From assembly GCA_947258845.1 (NCBI GenBank), contig CAMYJZ010000008.1, positions 1 through 58,670 of the forward strand: a stretch of 58,670 nucleotides of DNA, given 5' to 3'. Each line of letters begins with the position of its first letter. Positions within the stretch are counted from its first letter, which is position 1. A model generated the notes under the pieces. That model saw only the letters and a list, made by a program, of their open reading frames with translations. It was not told the origin of the DNA and searched no databases. Both the position numbers and the translations under genes were made by a program. The stretch is from an uncultured Ectothiorhodospiraceae bacterium (GTDB taxonomy: Bacteria > Pseudomonadota > Gammaproteobacteria > UBA9214). Of this stretch, positions 30,152 to 40,808 are shown one piece after another.

Positions 30152-31089
30152 TGACGCGCGTTTTCAAGACGTCGTTTCTGGCGTTCAATGAAGGCCTGGC
30201 TGGCATCATATCCCTTGGTATTAAGGATGTGGTTGCGTACGGCGGTTTCCAGCAGCACGGCGAGGTTCCTGCCGGGGCCAACCGGGAGCGTTATCTCGGG
30301 GATATCCACGTCCAGTATTGAACGCATTCGCTTGCTGCCGTGCAGCCGGTCCATTTTGATGGCATCTTCCATGTCCTGCAGTACGATGATCAGGCGCAGG
30401 TTGCGATTCTGTTTGATCGAGCTGGCACCGAACATGGCACGAACGTTGAGAATACCCAGCCCCCGGACCTCGAGAAAATCACGCAACATTTCAGGGCAGG
30501 TACCGTTGAGCGTGTCCGGTGCGCTGCGGGCAAACTCGGTGGCATCATCCGCAATCAGGCGGTGTCCACGGGTCAGCAGTTCGAGCGCCAGTTCACTCTT
30601 TCCGATGCTCGACTCTCCGGTGATGAGTACGCCGGTTCCCATTACTTCCATAAAGACTCCATGCAGGGTGACCTTCTCGGCAAAATAATTGCTCAGGTAG
30701 TACTGCAGGTTCTTGATTGTGTTCTGTCCGGAAAGCCGGGAGGAAAGCACGGGTGTACCGCTTGTTTCTGCGGCCTGCAGCAGGTCTTCGGATGCGGAAA
30801 GGCCTTTGGCGATGATGACCAGGGCGGACTGTCCCGAGAAAAGCAGGCTGATTGCGTCCTTGCGTGAATTCTTTTTCAGTTTGTCGAGGTACTCCAGTTC
30901 TCTGCGGCCGAGTATCTGGATGCGGTGCTGGTTGATCAGGTTGAGCTGGCCGACGAGCGAGCGATCGGCGCTGGCATCCGTGGATGAAGAGATGATATTT
31001 TCGGCATGCTGTTCTCCACTGATCCACTCAAGGCCCAGTTTTTCCAGGAGTTCGTCGTGAAGGGCTCTGATTGTCAGCGCATTACTCAT
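30148..31089 (-). CDS. hprK: HPr kinase/phosphorylase
   Basis: 313 aa. LHGVFMEVMGTGVLITGESSIGKSELALEL carries the P-loop. The signature LEVRGLGILNV is present. Confidence 0.93.
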   Translation of the reverse strand: MSNALTIRALHDELLEKLGLEWISGEQHAENIISSSTDASADRSLVGQLNLINQHRIQILGRRELEYLDKLKKNSRKDAISLLFSGQSALVIIAKGLSASEDLLQAAETSGTPVLSSRLSGQNTIKNLQYYLSNYFAEKVTLHGVFMEVMGTGVLITGESSIGKSELALELLTRGHRLIADDATEFARSAPDTLNGTCPEMLRDFLEVRGLGILNVRAMFGASSIKQNRNLRLIIVLQDMEDAIKMDRLHGSKRMRSILDVDIPEITLPVGPGRNLAVLLETAVRNHILNTKGYDASQAFIERQKRRLENARQ

Positions 31090-31556
31090 GCGGGTATTTG
31101 CTGTGCTTCCTGGTGGTTAAGTAACTGGTAGACGCACTCATCGCTCGTGCACTGACGCATGCTGGCACAAAAGTCGTCGTTACTGAACAGTTCCGCGATG
31201 GTGGAGAGTATCTGCAGGTGTTCCTCGGTGGAGTTTTCGGGGACCAGCAGGGCAAACACCATGTCCACCGGCTGCTCGTCCGTTGCGTCGAAGTCAACTG
31301 CTGTGTCGAGCTTTATGAACGCGCATACCGCGCGGTCCAGGGCCGCCATACGACCGTGCGGGATAGCCACGCCCTTGCCCAGCCCCGTGCTGCCCAGCTT
31401 TTCACGGTTGATCAGGCTCTCGAAGATTTCAGTCTGCGACAGCTGCGGGGTGGTCCCCGCCAGCAGTTCGCTGATGTCCTCCAGCAGTCGTTTTTTGCTG
31501 CCGACCTCGGGGCAGCAGACTACGCATTCCGGGTGTATGAGTTCTGATATGTTCAT
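31086..31556 (-). CDS. ptsN: PTS IIA-like nitrogen regulatory protein PtsN (EIIA-Ntr)
   Basis: 156 aa. KLGSTGLGKGVAIPHGRM carries the active-site His. Position after hpf and rpoN. Confidence 0.92.
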   Translation of the reverse strand: MNISELIHPECVVCCPEVGSKKRLLEDISELLAGTTPQLSQTEIFESLINREKLGSTGLGKGVAIPHGRMAALDRAVCAFIKLDTAVDFDATDEQPVDMVFALLVPENSTEEHLQILSTIAELFSNDDFCASMRQCTSDECVYQLLNHQEAQQIPA

Positions 31557-31606
31557 CAGGCTAGTGTTCCGTCTGTTAATTCCGGTCGTGTTTGAGTGCT
31601 TGCATC

Positions 31607-31927
31607 CTAGACATGGTTCTTGATTGAACCCTCGGTGCGGTGGTGATCGGTCAGCTTTTCCTTGTGCTTCTTGACCTGGCGATCCAGTTTGTCTGCCAGG
31701 CCGTCTATGGCCGCATACATGTCTTCCTCGATTGCATCCGCGTACATCCGGGCGCCGCTGACATGAAGCGTTGCCTCAGCCTTGTGGCGCAGCTTCTCCA
31801 CGCTGAGAATGACGTGGATATCCGTCACGTTGTCAAAGTGACGCTCCAGGCGCTCCATTTTATTGTTTACATAATCGCGCAGTGGCGAGGTCAGGTCGAC
31901 ATGATGTCCCGTCAGGTTTATTTGCAT
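31607..31927 (-). CDS. hpf: Ribosome hibernation promoting factor (short HPF)
   Basis: 106 aa: MQINLTGHHVDLTSPLRDYVNNKMERLERHFDNVTDIHVIL. Immediately downstream of rpoN. Confidence 0.92.
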   Translation of the reverse strand: MQINLTGHHVDLTSPLRDYVNNKMERLERHFDNVTDIHVILSVEKLRHKAEATLHVSGARMYADAIEEDMYAAIDGLADKLDRQVKKHKEKLTDHHRTEGSIKNHV

Positions 31928-31948
31928 TACAAGGCTCCTTTTTTAGGC

Positions 31949-33424
31949 CTATGCCAGGCGTTTGCGTTCATTGGAAGGTGAAATCGATAGTGACTCGCGA
32001 TACTTGGCAATGGTGCGTCGTGCAACATTGATGCCCTGTTCGGCGAGGATGGTGGCCATTTTGCTGTCACTCAGCGGCTTGACGGGATTCTCGGCAGCGA
32101 CCAGTTTCTTGATGATTGCGCGGATTGCCGTGGCCGAGCATTCGCCACCGGACTCGGTACTGACATGGCTCGAGAAGAAGTATTTGAACTCATAGATGCC
32201 GCGCGGGGTATGCATGTACTTGCGGGTAGTGACGCGCGAAATGGTGGACTCGTGCATTTCCACTTCCTCCGCAATAGTGCGAAGTACCATGGGTTTCATC
32301 GCCTCTTCCCCGTAGTCGAAGAACTTGTGCTGGCGCGTGACAATGCTGTTGGCCACCTTGAGCAGGGTTTCGTGCCGGCTTTGCAGGCTCTTGAGGAACC
32401 AGCGGGCCTCCTGGAGATTGTCCCGCAGGTAGGTGTTGTCCTTGCTGTTGTTGGCGCGTTTCACCATGTTTGCATACAGGGCATTGATGCGCAGCCTGGG
32501 AATGGCATCGGTGTTCAGTTCCACGCGCCATTTGCCGTTTTGCTTGTAGACAAAGACATCGGGAACAATATATTCCGGTTCCGTGTTGTTGAAACTGGAA
32601 CCGGGTCGCGGGTTCAGCGACTGGATCAGGTGAAGGACGTGCTGCAGCTCGTCGGTGGGAAGCCCCATTCTGCGGCTGAGCTGGTTATAGTCGCGGTTGC
32701 CGAGCAGCTTGAAGTGGTCCCTGAGAAGGGTTCTTGCTTCCTTAAGCCAGGGTGTGGCGGGGTCGAACTGGCACAGCTGGAGATCCAGATTCTCGTGCAG
32801 GTCACGTGCGCCTATGCCGACCGGGTCGAATTGCTGTACCCGGTGCAGTACGGCCTCGACCTCGTCCATCTCTGCATCCAGGCTCTCGGGGAGATTGCGG
32901 TAAATTTCCTCCAGGGTCTGGCTCAGATAGCCATCATCGTCAATGGCATCGATCAGGTTGTGGGCAATGATGCGGTCGGTTTCGGACATGCTGGCAAGAT
33001 CAAGCTGCCAGTAGAGATGCTCATGCAGGCCTTCACCGCTTCCCGTGATGGTTTCGTAGATATCCCGCTTGTCACTGGCTTCCGGGGCGCTGTAACTGGT
33101 GACGCCCGAGTCGTAGATGTCGTCCCAGTTGCTGTCAACCGGAAGGTCGTCCGGAATGGTGTCGGTGTTTGCGTCCGTCAGGGATGTGTCATTATCCTTT
33201 TTATTGGCCGCGTCATTGGCCTCTGGCTGTTCACTGCTGCCTTCTGTCTCGCGTGTGTCCTGGGCATCGCCATCATCCTGTTCCAGCATGGGATTGGAAT
33301 CAAGGACCCCCTGGATCTCTGTCTGCAATTCGAGAGTTGAGAGTTGCAGCAGGCGGATCGCCTGTTGCAGCTGCGGGGTCATGGTCAGACTCTGACCGAT
33401 GCGAAGTTGTATGGATTGCTTCAT
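31949..33424 (-). CDS. rpoN: RNA polymerase sigma-54 factor
   Basis: Start re-picked at ATG 33424: [33 protein letters not shown]. The RpoN box [10 protein letters not shown] is at the C-terminus. Confidence 0.96.
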   Translation of the reverse strand: MKQSIQLRIGQSLTMTPQLQQAIRLLQLSTLELQTEIQGVLDSNPMLEQDDGDAQDTRETEGSSEQPEANDAANKKDNDTSLTDANTDTIPDDLPVDSNWDDIYDSGVTSYSAPEASDKRDIYETITGSGEGLHEHLYWQLDLASMSETDRIIAHNLIDAIDDDGYLSQTLEEIYRNLPESLDAEMDEVEAVLHRVQQFDPVGIGARDLHENLDLQLCQFDPATPWLKEARTLLRDHFKLLGNRDYNQLSRRMGLPTDELQHVLHLIQSLNPRPGSSFNNTEPEYIVPDVFVYKQNGKWRVELNTDAIPRLRINALYANMVKRANNSKDNTYLRDNLQEARWFLKSLQSRHETLLKVANSIVTRQHKFFDYGEEAMKPMVLRTIAEEVEMHESTISRVTTRKYMHTPRGIYEFKYFFSSHVSTESGGECSATAIRAIIKKLVAAENPVKPLSDSKMATILAEQGINVARRTIAKYRESLSISPSNERKRLA

Positions 33425-33525
33425 TATGTTGTTGGTCAAGCCAGGCGTGGTCGTGCTCAACCCCTGTCTTGATGATTATATAGCACTAAGTATGCCATAT
33501 TGAAAACTCAAGTCGGCACATATGC

Positions 33526-34251
33526 TTAGAGCTTGAATTCGGAGCCCAGATAGACATTGCGTACCTGCTGGTCGGCGAGTATGGCCGCGGGTGGGCCTGC
33601 TGCAATGATCTCGCCCTCGTTGAGGATGCAGGCGTGGTCGCAAATACCCAGGGTTTCCCTGACATTGTGGTCCGTTATCAGGATGCCGATGCCCCGGTCG
33701 CGCAGGTGCAGAATGATCTGCTGAATGTCGACGACGGAGATCGGATCGACACCGGCAAATGGCTCATCAAGCAGCATGAAGCGCGGTTCCACTGCAAGTG
33801 CCCGTGCAATTTCAACGCGTCTGCGTTCCCCGCCGGAGAGGCTGATACCGGGCTGGTCACGCAGGTGCCCTATATGCAATTCATGCAACAGGGAGTCCAG
33901 TATCTTGTGGCGTGCCTTGCGATCCAGGGATTTGCGGACCTCGAGTACCGAAAGGATGTTCTCGGCCACGCTCAGCTTCCTGAATACCGAGGCCTCCTGG
34001 GGAAGGTAACCCAGTCCATGCCGGGCGCGGACATGCATGGGTTCCCCGGTGAGATCGACATCGTCGAGCATGATGGTGCCTTCGCCACAGGGTATCAGGC
34101 CGACTATCATGTAGAAGCACGTGGTCTTGCCTGCACCGTTGGGGCCCAGCAGGCCAGCCACTTCGCCTGTCTTTACTGACAGGGAAACATCCTTGACGAT
34201 CTGCCGTAACTGGTAGCGTTTCCCGAGCTTATTCGCGACAAGCAGGCTCAC
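33526..34251 (-). CDS. lptB: LPS export ABC transporter ATP-binding protein LptB
   Basis: 241 aa. Contains Walker A (GPNGAGKTT), the ABC signature ([15 protein letters not shown]) and Walker B (MLLDEP). Confidence 0.95.
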   Translation of the reverse strand: MSLLVANKLGKRYQLRQIVKDVSLSVKTGEVAGLLGPNGAGKTTCFYMIVGLIPCGEGTIMLDDVDLTGEPMHVRARHGLGYLPQEASVFRKLSVAENILSVLEVRKSLDRKARHKILDSLLHELHIGHLRDQPGISLSGGERRRVEIARALAVEPRFMLLDEPFAGVDPISVVDIQQIILHLRDRGIGILITDHNVRETLGICDHACILNEGEIIAAGPPAAILADQQVRNVYLGSEFKL

Positions 34252-34781
34252 TGGCTGGTATCTTCCACGGGCTCCGGCGATTTCGGTTTCGGCTGCAGGA
34301 TAATATGTACCCGGTCCCCCGTGGTACTGTCGCCGGCGTTGATGCGGTTGCTGCCGATATCATAGATGATCCTGTCGCTGCGAAACTCCTTGCCGTCGTC
34401 CTGCCAGACGCGCGCCGCATCCAGCAGAATGATGCGTTCATCGGCGGCATAATATTCCATTTGGCCGGATTCCGCCTGCAGATCGGTCTCATGGTCATCC
34501 GGCCGCTGAACGAAGCTCGCGGGATTGCCGGTGAGCACAATTTTCGATACCTGGTCGCCACTGCTGTGCACGGTCATGGTCTCGCCCTGCAGTTTGAGCG
34601 TGCCCTGACGCAAATGCACATTGCCCCGGTAGACGCTGATACCGGTTTTTTCGTCCAGGCTTGCCGAGTCGGCCTCGATATGGATCGGCTGGTCGCGATC
34701 GGCAGCAAGCCCCCATGCCGCAGCCGGGATGATGGCCAGCAACAGCAGCAAGGCATGCCGGGTATCAGCCAGCTGCATCAA
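34248..34781 (-). CDS. lptA: LPS transport periplasmic protein LptA
   Basis: 177 aa. Signal peptide, then [44 protein letters not shown] (OstA-like fold). 4-nt overlap with lptB. Confidence 0.88.
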   Translation of the reverse strand: MMQLADTRHALLLLLAIIPAAAWGLAADRDQPIHIEADSASLDEKTGISVYRGNVHLRQGTLKLQGETMTVHSSGDQVSKIVLTGNPASFVQRPDDHETDLQAESGQMEYYAADERIILLDAARVWQDDGKEFRSDRIIYDIGSNRINAGDSTTGDRVHIILQPKPKSPEPVEDTSQ

Positions 34782-35328
34782 ACCTGCCTCGTACCCGGGA
34801 GCGCAAGTTCAGGCGATTGTTGCCGAAATCGGCATCCATTCCTACCGACTCGACGCGGAAGGCATCCGACCGGATGACAACGGACTGGCCGGTCGTGGCG
34901 GTCTGCTCGCCGGGCCTGACCAGCAACTCGCTGGTCGCGATATCCAGTTGTCGCTGGCCGGGCCCGGCGAGTCGTCGGATCTCGACCTGGTCGCGCAGCC
35001 ACACGGTGTCCCCGTCGGCAGAGACGCTGCCCTGGTTCGATCGGGCCTGCCATTGGCCACGCTCACCCTGGATGGTCCGGAACACAGGTTGTTCCAGGTC
35101 GAACCGGTCATCCTGCGGGACGTGGCGCATGCTGTCGGCCTGCAGGTGGTAGTGCACGCGTCCGTCCCTGCCGGTCACGCGCAGATCCATGGTCTCTACA
35201 AACAGGTCGGGACCGTGCGAGGCCGTATCCGGGCGCGCGGTGATCGCACCCTGGTTCAGTAGCAGCCACCCCGTCGCCAGGACGCTTGCCAGCAAAACGG
35301 TCAGCAGGACAATCTGTCTGGTGTTCAA
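34765..35328 (-). CDS. lptC: LPS export system protein LptC
   Basis: 187 aa. N-terminal TM anchor (IVLLTVLLASVLATGWLLL) and LptC-like beta-jellyroll sequence. Sits between kdsC and lptA. Confidence 0.8.
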   Translation of the reverse strand: MNTRQIVLLTVLLASVLATGWLLLNQGAITARPDTASHGPDLFVETMDLRVTGRDGRVHYHLQADSMRHVPQDDRFDLEQPVFRTIQGERGQWQARSNQGSVSADGDTVWLRDQVEIRRLAGPGQRQLDIATSELLVRPGEQTATTGQSVVIRSDAFRVESVGMDADFGNNRLNLRSRVRGRFDAAG

Positions 35329-35849
35329 AGGTATTTTTCCAGGGTTTCGTCCAGTACGCCTTTGGCCTCCATCAGCATTTCGCAGACATCACGTGCGGCA
35401 CCGCGGCCGCCGCCGCTGGGTGTCTGCCAGTGGCTGTGCTTGCGTACCAACGGGTGGGCGTCCTGGACCGCAATCGCCAGCCCCACGCGCCGCATGACGG
35501 GCAGGTCGACGACATCATCGCCGACATAGGCTGTCTGTTCCTCGGTAACGCCCAGTTTGGCTATCAACTCCTCGAATGCCGGGAGCTTGTCAAGCTTGCC
35601 CTGGTAGATATGGGTGATGCCGAGATTCTGCATGCGATGTTCGACGACGCGCGAAGTGCGTCCGGTGATGATGGCAATATCGATGTCATCATGGCCCAGC
35701 AGCATCTTGATGCCGTGCCCGTCACGCGAGTGAAACGCCTTGTATTCCTGCCCGTCGTCTCCAATGAACAGGCTGCCGTCAGTCAGGACACCATCGACAT
35801 CAAATATCAGCAGGCGGACCCGGGATGCTCTTTCTAGGATATCTTTCAT
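35325..35849 (-). CDS. kdsC: 3-deoxy-D-manno-octulosonate 8-phosphate phosphatase KdsC
   Basis: Start re-picked at ATG 35849: MKDILERASRVRLLIFDVDGVLTDG... (HAD DxD motif), ...YVGDDVVDLPVM. Confidence 0.9.
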   Translation of the reverse strand: MKDILERASRVRLLIFDVDGVLTDGSLFIGDDGQEYKAFHSRDGHGIKMLLGHDDIDIAIITGRTSRVVEHRMQNLGITHIYQGKLDKLPAFEELIAKLGVTEEQTAYVGDDVVDLPVMRRVGLAIAVQDAHPLVRKHSHWQTPSGGGRGAARDVCEMLMEAKGVLDETLEKYL

Positions 35850-35865
35850 GGCTATGGCTTTCAGT

Positions 35866-36840
35866 TCAGACGACTCCGGCTCTGAGAAGATCGTGCATGT
35901 TGAGTACACCTACCAGTTCATGTTCGTCGTTGACAACGGGCAGGGCGTTGATTTTCGTGTGGTCCATGATTTGCAGTGCCTCGGCTGCCAGCATCCCGGG
36001 GTGCACCGTCTTGCAGTTCCGGGTCATGACTTCGCTGATGCGGGCCTCGTGCACATCCTGCTTGCTGTCGATGGCGCGACGCAGGTCGCCGTCGGTGAAA
36101 ATGCCGATCAGGTGGCGGCTGTCGTCGATGACAGCCGTCATGCCAAGGCCCTTGCGGGTCATTTCCATCAGCGCATTGCTGAGCAGGGTGTCAGGTCCGA
36201 CCATCGGCATGGTATCACCGGTATGCATCAGGTCATCGATCAAGAGCAGCAGGCGGCGTCCAAGTGCCCCCCCGGGATGCGATCGCGCGAAATCCTCCTC
36301 GGTAAATCCACGTGATTCCAGCAATGCAATCGCCAGCGCATCCCCCATGGCCAGGGCGGCCGTGGTGCTGGCCGTGGGTGCAAGGTCCAGGGGGCAGGCC
36401 TCGCGTTCAACGCTGACATTGATACTGGCCGTGGCGGCCTTCGCCAGGGTCGAATCCGGCTTTCCGGTCATGGCGATCAACGGGACATCGAGGCGCTTGA
36501 TGATCGGCAGGATGGTGACGATCTCGCTGGTCTCGCCCGAATTGGACAGCGCCAGGACGACGTCGGCCGCGGTAATCATCCCCAGGTCGCCGTGACTGGC
36601 CTCGCCCGGATGGACAAAGAAGGCGGGCGTTCCGGTACTGGCCAGGGTGGCGGCGATCTTGCCGCCGATATGCCCGGACTTGCCCATGCCGATGACCACC
36701 ACGCGGCCCCTGCAGTCGAGCATCAGTGTGCAGGCCGCGGTGAAGGCCGGTTTCCTGATTTCCCGGGCAAGCGACGCGACCGCCTGTGCCTCGATATCGA
36801 TCACCGCCAGGGCAAGTTCCTGCAATTTCTGATCGTTCAT
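35866..36840 (-). CDS. kdsD: Arabinose-5-phosphate isomerase KdsD
   Basis: Start re-picked at ATG 36840: MNDQKLQELALAVIDIEAQAV...VVVIGMGKSGHIGGKIAATLASTGTPAFFVHPGEASHGDLG (SIS domain), followed by tandem CBS domains. The 5' part of track ORF 35866-37365 overlaps yrbG and is rejected. Confidence 0.93.
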   Translation of the reverse strand: MNDQKLQELALAVIDIEAQAVASLAREIRKPAFTAACTLMLDCRGRVVVIGMGKSGHIGGKIAATLASTGTPAFFVHPGEASHGDLGMITAADVVLALSNSGETSEIVTILPIIKRLDVPLIAMTGKPDSTLAKAATASINVSVEREACPLDLAPTASTTAALAMGDALAIALLESRGFTEEDFARSHPGGALGRRLLLLIDDLMHTGDTMPMVGPDTLLSNALMEMTRKGLGMTAVIDDSRHLIGIFTDGDLRRAIDSKQDVHEARISEVMTRNCKTVHPGMLAAEALQIMDHTKINALPVVNDEHELVGVLNMHDLLRAGVV

Positions 36841-36905
36841 GTCAGCTGTGGTATGGCCTGGGGTGCGCTGCGTGTGTCCGGACAAGTCGGATAGTTTGAT
36901 CCTTG

Positions 36906-37877
36906 CTAGAGCGTTTCGGAGAAGTATAACAGGGTCTGGTAACCGATATAGGCGGTCAGCAGCATCGCGCCCTCGAAGCGGTTGATGCGTCCCGGCCCTC
37001 GAAAACCGTATGCCATGACAAACAGGACCAGCGTGAGTGTGAACATGACGGGATAGTCGCGCCCCATTGCAGCCGCATCGATGGCTCCGGGTCGTATCAC
37101 CCCGGGCAGGCCGAGCACCGCCAGCAGGTTGAATATGTTCGAACCGATGATATTGCCGATGGCAATGTCGTGCTCGTTCTTGATCGCCCCCATGAGAGAG
37201 GCTGCCAGTTCCGGCAGACTGGTACCGAGGGCCACGATGGTGAGTCCTATCACCAGGTCGCTGACACCGAGTTCCTGAGCAATCGCGACGGACCCCCAGA
37301 CCAGCAGGCGTGAACTGATCAGCAGAAACACGGCGCCGATGGTCAGCCAGATCAGCGCCTGCCACATGGGCATACCGGTCCTGATCTCTTCGGTGAACTC
37401 AGTGTCCATGGGGTCACGGACGCCTTTAGACTTGATGCCAATGCGGGTGAGCCATATCAGCATCAGGACCATGCCGCCCAGCAGCAGGCTGCCGTCAAGG
37501 CGCCCCAGGTCAAGGTCGGTGAGTAGCAGCCAGGTAAGTGACATGATCACGATCAGGACGGGAAGTTCCCGGCGCAGGATGCTGGAATGGATGTCGAGCG
37601 GAGCGATCAGGGCGGTCAGGCCAAGGACCAGGGCGATATTGATGATGTTCGAGCCGATCGCGTTGCCGACAGACAGGCCGCTGTTGCCTTGCCAGGCGGC
37701 CATGGCGGATACCAGCATTTCCGGGGCGGAGGTCCCCAGGCTGACAATGGTCAGGCCAATTATCAGCGGGGACACGTTCAGGTTATAGGCGACCGATGCC
37801 GAGCCGACCACGAAGCGGTCGGCACTCCAGGTCAGCAGCAGGAAGCCCCCTGCAACGGCCAGCAGTTCAGGCCACAT
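36906..37877 (-). CDS. yrbG: Calcium/sodium antiporter, CaCA family (YrbG-like)
   Basis: 323 aa polytopic protein with two alpha-repeats (GLTIVSLGTSAPE... and GLTIVALGTSLPELAAS...GNIIGSNIFN). Position next to kdsD, as in E. coli. Confidence 0.88.
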   Translation of the reverse strand: MWPELLAVAGGFLLLTWSADRFVVGSASVAYNLNVSPLIIGLTIVSLGTSAPEMLVSAMAAWQGNSGLSVGNAIGSNIINIALVLGLTALIAPLDIHSSILRRELPVLIVIMSLTWLLLTDLDLGRLDGSLLLGGMVLMLIWLTRIGIKSKGVRDPMDTEFTEEIRTGMPMWQALIWLTIGAVFLLISSRLLVWGSVAIAQELGVSDLVIGLTIVALGTSLPELAASLMGAIKNEHDIAIGNIIGSNIFNLLAVLGLPGVIRPGAIDAAAMGRDYPVMFTLTLVLFVMAYGFRGPGRINRFEGAMLLTAYIGYQTLLYFSETL

Positions 37878-38063
37878 GGCGGTTTACCGTGCAGTCCGGC
37901 ACGGCTGGACGCATGACCGGGTGGAAAATCTTCAAAGAATGGCGCTCTTCAGGCATTAAGTGTTTTATCATACACGCCGGCGTGCGGTGACCAAACGCCC
38001 AGCTGTTTTATTTCGTTCCCGGGGCGGGCAGTGACCCGACAAGCCGGAGTGGTGCAGATCATA

Positions 38064-38906
38064 ATGGAAAACGCGATGCGTGAAACAGGCCGAAACGGGC
38101 AGCAAGCTGTCGTGCAGGTCCGTGGTCTGGGTTTTTCGCGCGGCGAGCGCATGATCTTCGACGGGGTAGACCTGGATATCGAACGCGGCAAGGTCACCGC
38201 GATCATGGGACCCAGCGGCACCGGCAAGACCACCTTGCTCAAACTGATCGGTGGACAGCTGCGACCGACGGCCGGGACCATTGTCGTAGACGGGGAGAAT
38301 GTCCATGAGTTGGCCACCAGGGATCTTTACAGGCTGCGTCAGCGTATGGGTATGATGTTCCAGAGCGGGGCACTGCTGACCGACCTGGATGTCTACGCCA
38401 ACGTGGCCTTCCCGATCAGAGAGCATACCGACCTGCCCGAGACCCTGGTGCGCGACCTGGTGCTGATGAAACTCCAGGCCGTTGGACTCCGGGGCGCCGC
38501 AGGCCTGATGCCGGCCGAGCTGTCGGGCGGTATGGCGCGCCGGGTGGCGATGGCACGCGCCATCGCCCTGGATCCAATGATGGTGCTTTATGACGAGCCG
38601 TTTACCGGCCAGGATCCGATCTCGATGGGGATTCTGGTGAAGCTGATCAGGGAACTGAATGATGCCCTCGGACTGACCAGTATCGTCGTTTCGCATGATG
38701 TGCAGGAAACGGCGGCCATTGCCGACTATGCTTACCTGCTGTCAGACGGCAAGGTGGTGGACCAGGGAACTCCGGAAATGCTGTGGAAATCAGCCTCCGA
38801 CTGGTCGCAGCAGTTTCTGAACGGGGAGCCCGACGGGCCGGTCGCGTTTCACTACCCGGCCAGGCACTTCCGGGATGACCTGATGCAGGGGGGACAGTCG
38901 CGGTGA
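38064..38906 (+). CDS. mlaF: Phospholipid ABC transporter ATP-binding protein MlaF
   Basis: Walker [10 protein letters not shown], signature [15 protein letters not shown], Walker B VLYDEP. Start is ambiguous (38031, 38064 or 38076). Confidence 0.9.
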   Translation: MENAMRETGRNGQQAVVQVRGLGFSRGERMIFDGVDLDIERGKVTAIMGPSGTGKTTLLKLIGGQLRPTAGTIVVDGENVHELATRDLYRLRQRMGMMFQSGALLTDLDVYANVAFPIREHTDLPETLVRDLVLMKLQAVGLRGAAGLMPAELSGGMARRVAMARAIALDPMMVLYDEPFTGQDPISMGILVKLIRELNDALGLTSIVVSHDVQETAAIADYAYLLSDGKVVDQGTPEMLWKSASDWSQQFLNGEPDGPVAFHYPARHFRDDLMQGGQSR

Positions 38907-39685
38907 TCCTCGATCCCCTGCAGCAACTCGGCCGCAAGGGGCTGGCATACTTCGGCCGTCTGGGGCGCGGGCACCTGTTCCTGATGCAGACGCTTGCGGC
39001 GGTGCCCGGCCTGGTGCTGCGTCCGGGCCTGGTGATCAGGCAGCTGTATTCGGTGGGCGTGCTTACCCTGTTGATTATCCTGGTATCGGGCCTGTTTGTT
39101 GGCATGGTGCTTGGTCTGCAGGGTTATAATACCCTGGTTGATTTTGGCGCCGAGGAGTCGCTCGGCGTGGTGGTGGCATTGTCCCTGGTGCGTGAACTGG
39201 GGCCGGTGGTGGCGGCCCTGCTGTTCGCCGGCCGGGCCGGTTCCGCGCTGACGGCCGAGATCGGGCTGATGAAGGCGACCGAGCAGCTGTCGGGAATGGA
39301 GATGATGGCAGTGGACCCGATACGACGGGTCGTGGCGCCGCGTTTTGTTGCCGGTTTTATATCCATGCCGTTGCTGGCCGCCATCTTCAGTATCGTGGGC
39401 GTCTACGGTGGCTATTTTGTCGGGGTCGGTCTGCTGGGTGTCGATGACGGTGCCTTCTGGTCGCAGATGCAGGCCAAGGTCGATCTGAATGATGACGTCT
39501 ATAATGGCGTGATCAAGAGCTTTGTATTCGGGTTCGTTGCGGTTTGGATTGCCGTTTTCGAGGGCTACGATACCGTACCCACATCCGAAGGTGTCAGCCG
39601 GGCAACCACGCGAACCGTCGTGCATACGGCACTGGCCGTGCTGGGGCTGGACTTCGTACTTACGGCGCTGATGTTTGGAGACTAG
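38903..39685 (+). CDS. mlaE: Phospholipid ABC transporter permease MlaE
   Basis: 260 aa: [45 protein letters not shown]. 4-nt overlap with mlaF. Confidence 0.92.
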   Translation: MILDPLQQLGRKGLAYFGRLGRGHLFLMQTLAAVPGLVLRPGLVIRQLYSVGVLTLLIILVSGLFVGMVLGLQGYNTLVDFGAEESLGVVVALSLVRELGPVVAALLFAGRAGSALTAEIGLMKATEQLSGMEMMAVDPIRRVVAPRFVAGFISMPLLAAIFSIVGVYGGYFVGVGLLGVDDGAFWSQMQAKVDLNDDVYNGVIKSFVFGFVAVWIAVFEGYDTVPTSEGVSRATTRTVVHTALAVLGLDFVLTALMFGD

Positions 39686-39688
39686 ACC

Positions 39689-40159
39689 ATGGGTCACAGC
39701 AGACTGATTGAGATTGGGGTGGGCTTGTTCGTGGCTGCGGGCATGGCGGCCCTGTTCATGCTGGCGATGCAGGTCAGCAACCTGAGCAACAGTATCAGTG
39801 GCGATACCTATGCCATCACTGCAGCGTTCGAGAATATCGGCGGACTCAAGGTGCGTTCGCCGGTGACTGTGTCAGGGGTGCGTGTCGGGCGGGTCGACGC
39901 GATTGATTACGATTCGCGCGCCTATGAGGCCGTCGTCACCCTGAGCATCGATTCGCGCTACAACAGTTTTCCGGAGGACACCTCCGCGAGTATCTTTACC
40001 TCCGGCCTGCTGGGGGAGCAGTACATCGCCCTGGAGCCGGGCGGTTCGGAAACCAACCTGGCCGAGGGCGACAGGCTCCAGCTGACCCAATCGGCGCTGG
40101 TGATCGAGCAGCTGGTCGGCCAGTTCCTCTACAACCAGGCAGGCAAGCAGCAGGAATAA
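39689..40159 (+). CDS. mlaD: Outer membrane lipid asymmetry maintenance protein MlaD (MCE domain)
   Basis: 156 aa. TM anchor, then FENIGGLKVRSPVTVSGVRVGRV...SGLLGEQYIALEPG. Confidence 0.9.
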   Translation: MGHSRLIEIGVGLFVAAGMAALFMLAMQVSNLSNSISGDTYAITAAFENIGGLKVRSPVTVSGVRVGRVDAIDYDSRAYEAVVTLSIDSRYNSFPEDTSASIFTSGLLGEQYIALEPGGSETNLAEGDRLQLTQSALVIEQLVGQFLYNQAGKQQE

Positions 40160-40202
40160 TGGCGCATCTGAAAACATACCTATTCACTTCCCGTATATCC
40201 CG

Positions 40203-40808
40203 ATGAAGATCAAACGCTTTCTGTTACTGGCATTTTGCCTGCTGCTGCCGGCAAGCGGCGTCGCTATTGAGCTGTCGCCCGAGGAGCTCGTGCGGGATAC
40301 CTCTTCGCGCATGCTCATCGCGCTCAAGGAGGAAAAGGCGGTGATCGAGGAGGACAAGAGCCGGATTTACGCCCTGGTCTCCGATATCGTGCTGCCGTAT
40401 TTCGATTTTCACCGCATGGCCATGTGGGCGCTGGGCCGTCACTGGCGTGATGCGGACCCCGACCAGCGAGAGCGCTTTGTGGCGGAATTCCGGGAAATGC
40501 TGGTGCGCACCTACGGCAGTGCCCTGACCGATTACTCGGATGAAACGATACTCTATCTGCCGCTGCACGCAGAACAGGGCGACAGGGATGTAACGGTGCG
40601 TACCGAGATCCAGCAGACCGGCGGTCCTGCGATTCAGATAACCTATTCTATGTACCTGACGACCGATGGCTGGAAGGTTTACGACGTCTCGATCAACGGC
40701 GTGAGCCTGGTGACAAATTACCGGACCACCTTTGCCAGTATTATTCGCAAGGAAGGTATGGAGAGCCTGATCAGGCAACTGGAAAACCGCAATGGACCAT
40801 CGGGCTGA
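40203..40808 (+). CDS. mlaC: Phospholipid-binding periplasmic protein MlaC (Tgt2/MlaC family)
   Basis: 201 aa. Signal peptide; FDFHRMAMWALGRHWRDADPDQRERFVAEFREMLVRTYG...GWKVYDVSINGVSLV. Confidence 0.88.
   Translation: MKIKRFLLLAFCLLLPASGVAIELSPEELVRDTSSRMLIALKEEKAVIEEDKSRIYALVSDIVLPYFDFHRMAMWALGRHWRDADPDQRERFVAEFREMLVRTYGSALTDYSDETILYLPLHAEQGDRDVTVRTEIQQTGGPAIQITYSMYLTTDGWKVYDVSINGVSLVTNYRTTFASIIRKEGMESLIRQLENRNGPSG

Noticed and set aside
32165-33340. 391-aa plus-strand ORF
   Set aside because: It is antisense to rpoN, which is unambiguous from its N-terminal glutamine-rich region and RpoN box.
36841-37365. 5' extension of the kdsD ORF (499 aa in the track)
   Set aside because: KdsD homology starts at MNDQKLQEL (36840). 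The extension overlaps the well-supported yrbG gene on the same strand in another frame.
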